From positions 1-47,270 of the forward strand of contig QKDP01000192.1 of assembly GCA_003252055.1 (NCBI GenBank): a stretch of 47,270 nt of DNA, read 5' to 3'. This DNA is from Desulfobacter postgatei (GTDB lineage Bacteria > Desulfobacterota > Desulfobacteria > Desulfobacterales > Desulfobacteraceae). Of the stretch, positions 45,697-47,270 are shown piece after piece (the first letter of the stretch is position 1; the number at the start of each line of letters is the position of its first letter). The position numbers were made by a program, and so were the translations under genes. The notes below the pieces were generated by a model. That model was not told where the DNA came from. It saw only the letters and a program-made list of their open reading frames with translations, and ran no database searches.

Positions 45697-47016
45697 TTAA
45701 TGGTTAGGTGAAAAGTCAGGATATGCATTGCCGCCATGTTCTGTGGAGTCCAGCCCTTCAACTTCTTCTTCCGGGGGTACCCTTAAGCCTATGGTACCGG
45801 AAATAAGTTTGAACAGGATAAAGGCCGTACAAAATGTCCATGCAAAGCAGGAAACAATACCGATACACTGTGTGGACACAATTTTCATGGTTGGCCCGCC
45901 GATGTTAAAGAGACCTGCAGCAAGGGTTCCCCAGGCACCGCATACACCGTGTACGGAAACTGCGCCGACGGGATCGTCAACTTTGATTTTATCAAAAAAC
46001 AGTACGGAGAAAAAGACCAGGCAACCTGCAATGGCACCGATAATAATAGAGGAACCGGGTGTTACATTCGCGCAGCCGGCAGTGATACCCACCAGACCTG
46101 CCAGGGCACCGTTCAAGCTCATGCCCACTTCAGGTTTTCCAAATTTAAGCCAGGAAACGATCATAGCCACAACACAGCCGGCAGCCGCAGCCAGGTTGGT
46201 ATTTACAAAAATCATTGCAATATCTTTATTGGCTGCAGTGGTGGAACCCGGGTTGAAACCAAACCAGCCGATCCACAGGATAAACACGCCAAGGGCAGCC
46301 AGGGGGATATTGTGACCCAGAATCGGTTTAATACCGCCGTCTTTGGTGTACTTTCCAAGACGGGGGCCAAGAACAATGGCACCGGCCAGGGCTGACCAGC
46401 CACCAACGGAATGGACAACGGTGGAGCCGGCAAAATCAATGAACCCAAGGCCTTCAAGCCAGCCGGAACCATGGAACAGGGAACCCCAGGCCCAGGAACC
46501 GAAAATGGGATAGATCAATGCGCTGATAACGGCGCTGTACACAAGATATCCGGTAAATTTAGTACGTTCAGCCATGGCGCCGGAAACGATGGTGGCGGCA
46601 GTTGCGGCAAACACCACCTGGAACATCCAGAAAGCCAGTACCCAGGGATCTCCGCCTACCTTAAAATCACTCAGGAAAAAGCCGTTGGTACCAAAAAAAC
46701 CGTTAGTGGTACCGAACATCAGGCCGAAACCAATGGCCCAGTAGAAAAGTGAGCCCATGGAAAAGTCCATCAGGTTTTTCATCATGATGTTTACAGCGTT
46801 TTTAGCACGGGTGAAACCTGCTTCCACCAGGGCGAACCCGGCCTGCATAAAGAAAACGAGCGCTGCTGCAATAAGGGTCCAGACGTAGTCGGCATGGGTC
46901 TGGACCAGTTTAATGGCCTCGGCATTAGAGAGCACTGTCGGGGCGTCGTCTGTCCCGGCCCATGCTGCTGTGATGGTGCAAGCCAGCGAAGTCAGAATCA
47001 TTAGTAAATACTTCAT
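45697..47016 (-). CDS. amtB: Ammonium transporter Amt
   Basis: FFMQAGF, SGAMAER, DFAGSTVVH and DDPVGAVSVHG (twin His), WFGFN; SD GAGGAG favours ATG 47016. Confidence 0.96.
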   Translation of the reverse strand: MKYLLMILTSLACTITAAWAGTDDAPTVLSNAEAIKLVQTHADYVWTLIAAALVFFMQAGFALVEAGFTRAKNAVNIMMKNLMDFSMGSLFYWAIGFGLMFGTTNGFFGTNGFFLSDFKVGGDPWVLAFWMFQVVFAATAATIVSGAMAERTKFTGYLVYSAVISALIYPIFGSWAWGSLFHGSGWLEGLGFIDFAGSTVVHSVGGWSALAGAIVLGPRLGKYTKDGGIKPILGHNIPLAALGVFILWIGWFGFNPGSTTAANKDIAMIFVNTNLAAAAGCVVAMIVSWLKFGKPEVGMSLNGALAGLVGITAGCANVTPGSSIIIGAIAGCLVFFSVLFFDKIKVDDPVGAVSVHGVCGAWGTLAAGLFNIGGPTMKIVSTQCIGIVSCFAWTFCTAFILFKLISGTIGLRVPPEEEVEGLDSTEHGGNAYPDFSPNH

Positions 47017-47054
47017 CTTTTTTAATCTCCTCATTTCTAATTTTAATTTAAATT

Positions 47055-47270
<216 letters not shown>

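Overview
Mostly core chromosome of a sulfate-reducing deltaproteobacterium, probably Desulfobacter/Desulfobacteraceae (inferred from gene content and order). Left end, minus strand: a TetR - SulP - CMK-like/BON/REC - sensor kinase - REC - kinase-like - REC operon, then an HTH-PTS IIA fusion and a ClC channel. Next come argJ, a pseudouridine synthase, trpS, a DHH/CBS tRNA nucleotidyltransferase and pilC-pilS, followed by lysS-lolC/E-lolD-bamA-skp-lpxD-lpxA-lpxI-lpxB-CNNM. After that: pheA-aroE-aroA-aroK-thioesterase, an orphan TolC, menA, Mth938, Nudix, a Ski2/HelY-like helicase, ridA, ettA, an OrpR-like sigma54 activator with a NifX-family target, and amtB-glnK. No transposase, integrase, cas gene, tRNA or rRNA was seen. 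The best unannotated signals are four. (1) A Phe/Tyr-rich leader peptide with terminator/antiterminator before the aromatic operon. (2) A solitary type I-C CRISPR-like repeat followed by a spacer-length segment and a hairpin, between tolC and menA. (3) A SulP-linked phosphorelay with no DNA-binding output domain, under a promoter overlapped by tandem TetR-type operators. (4) A structured region downstream of amtB.
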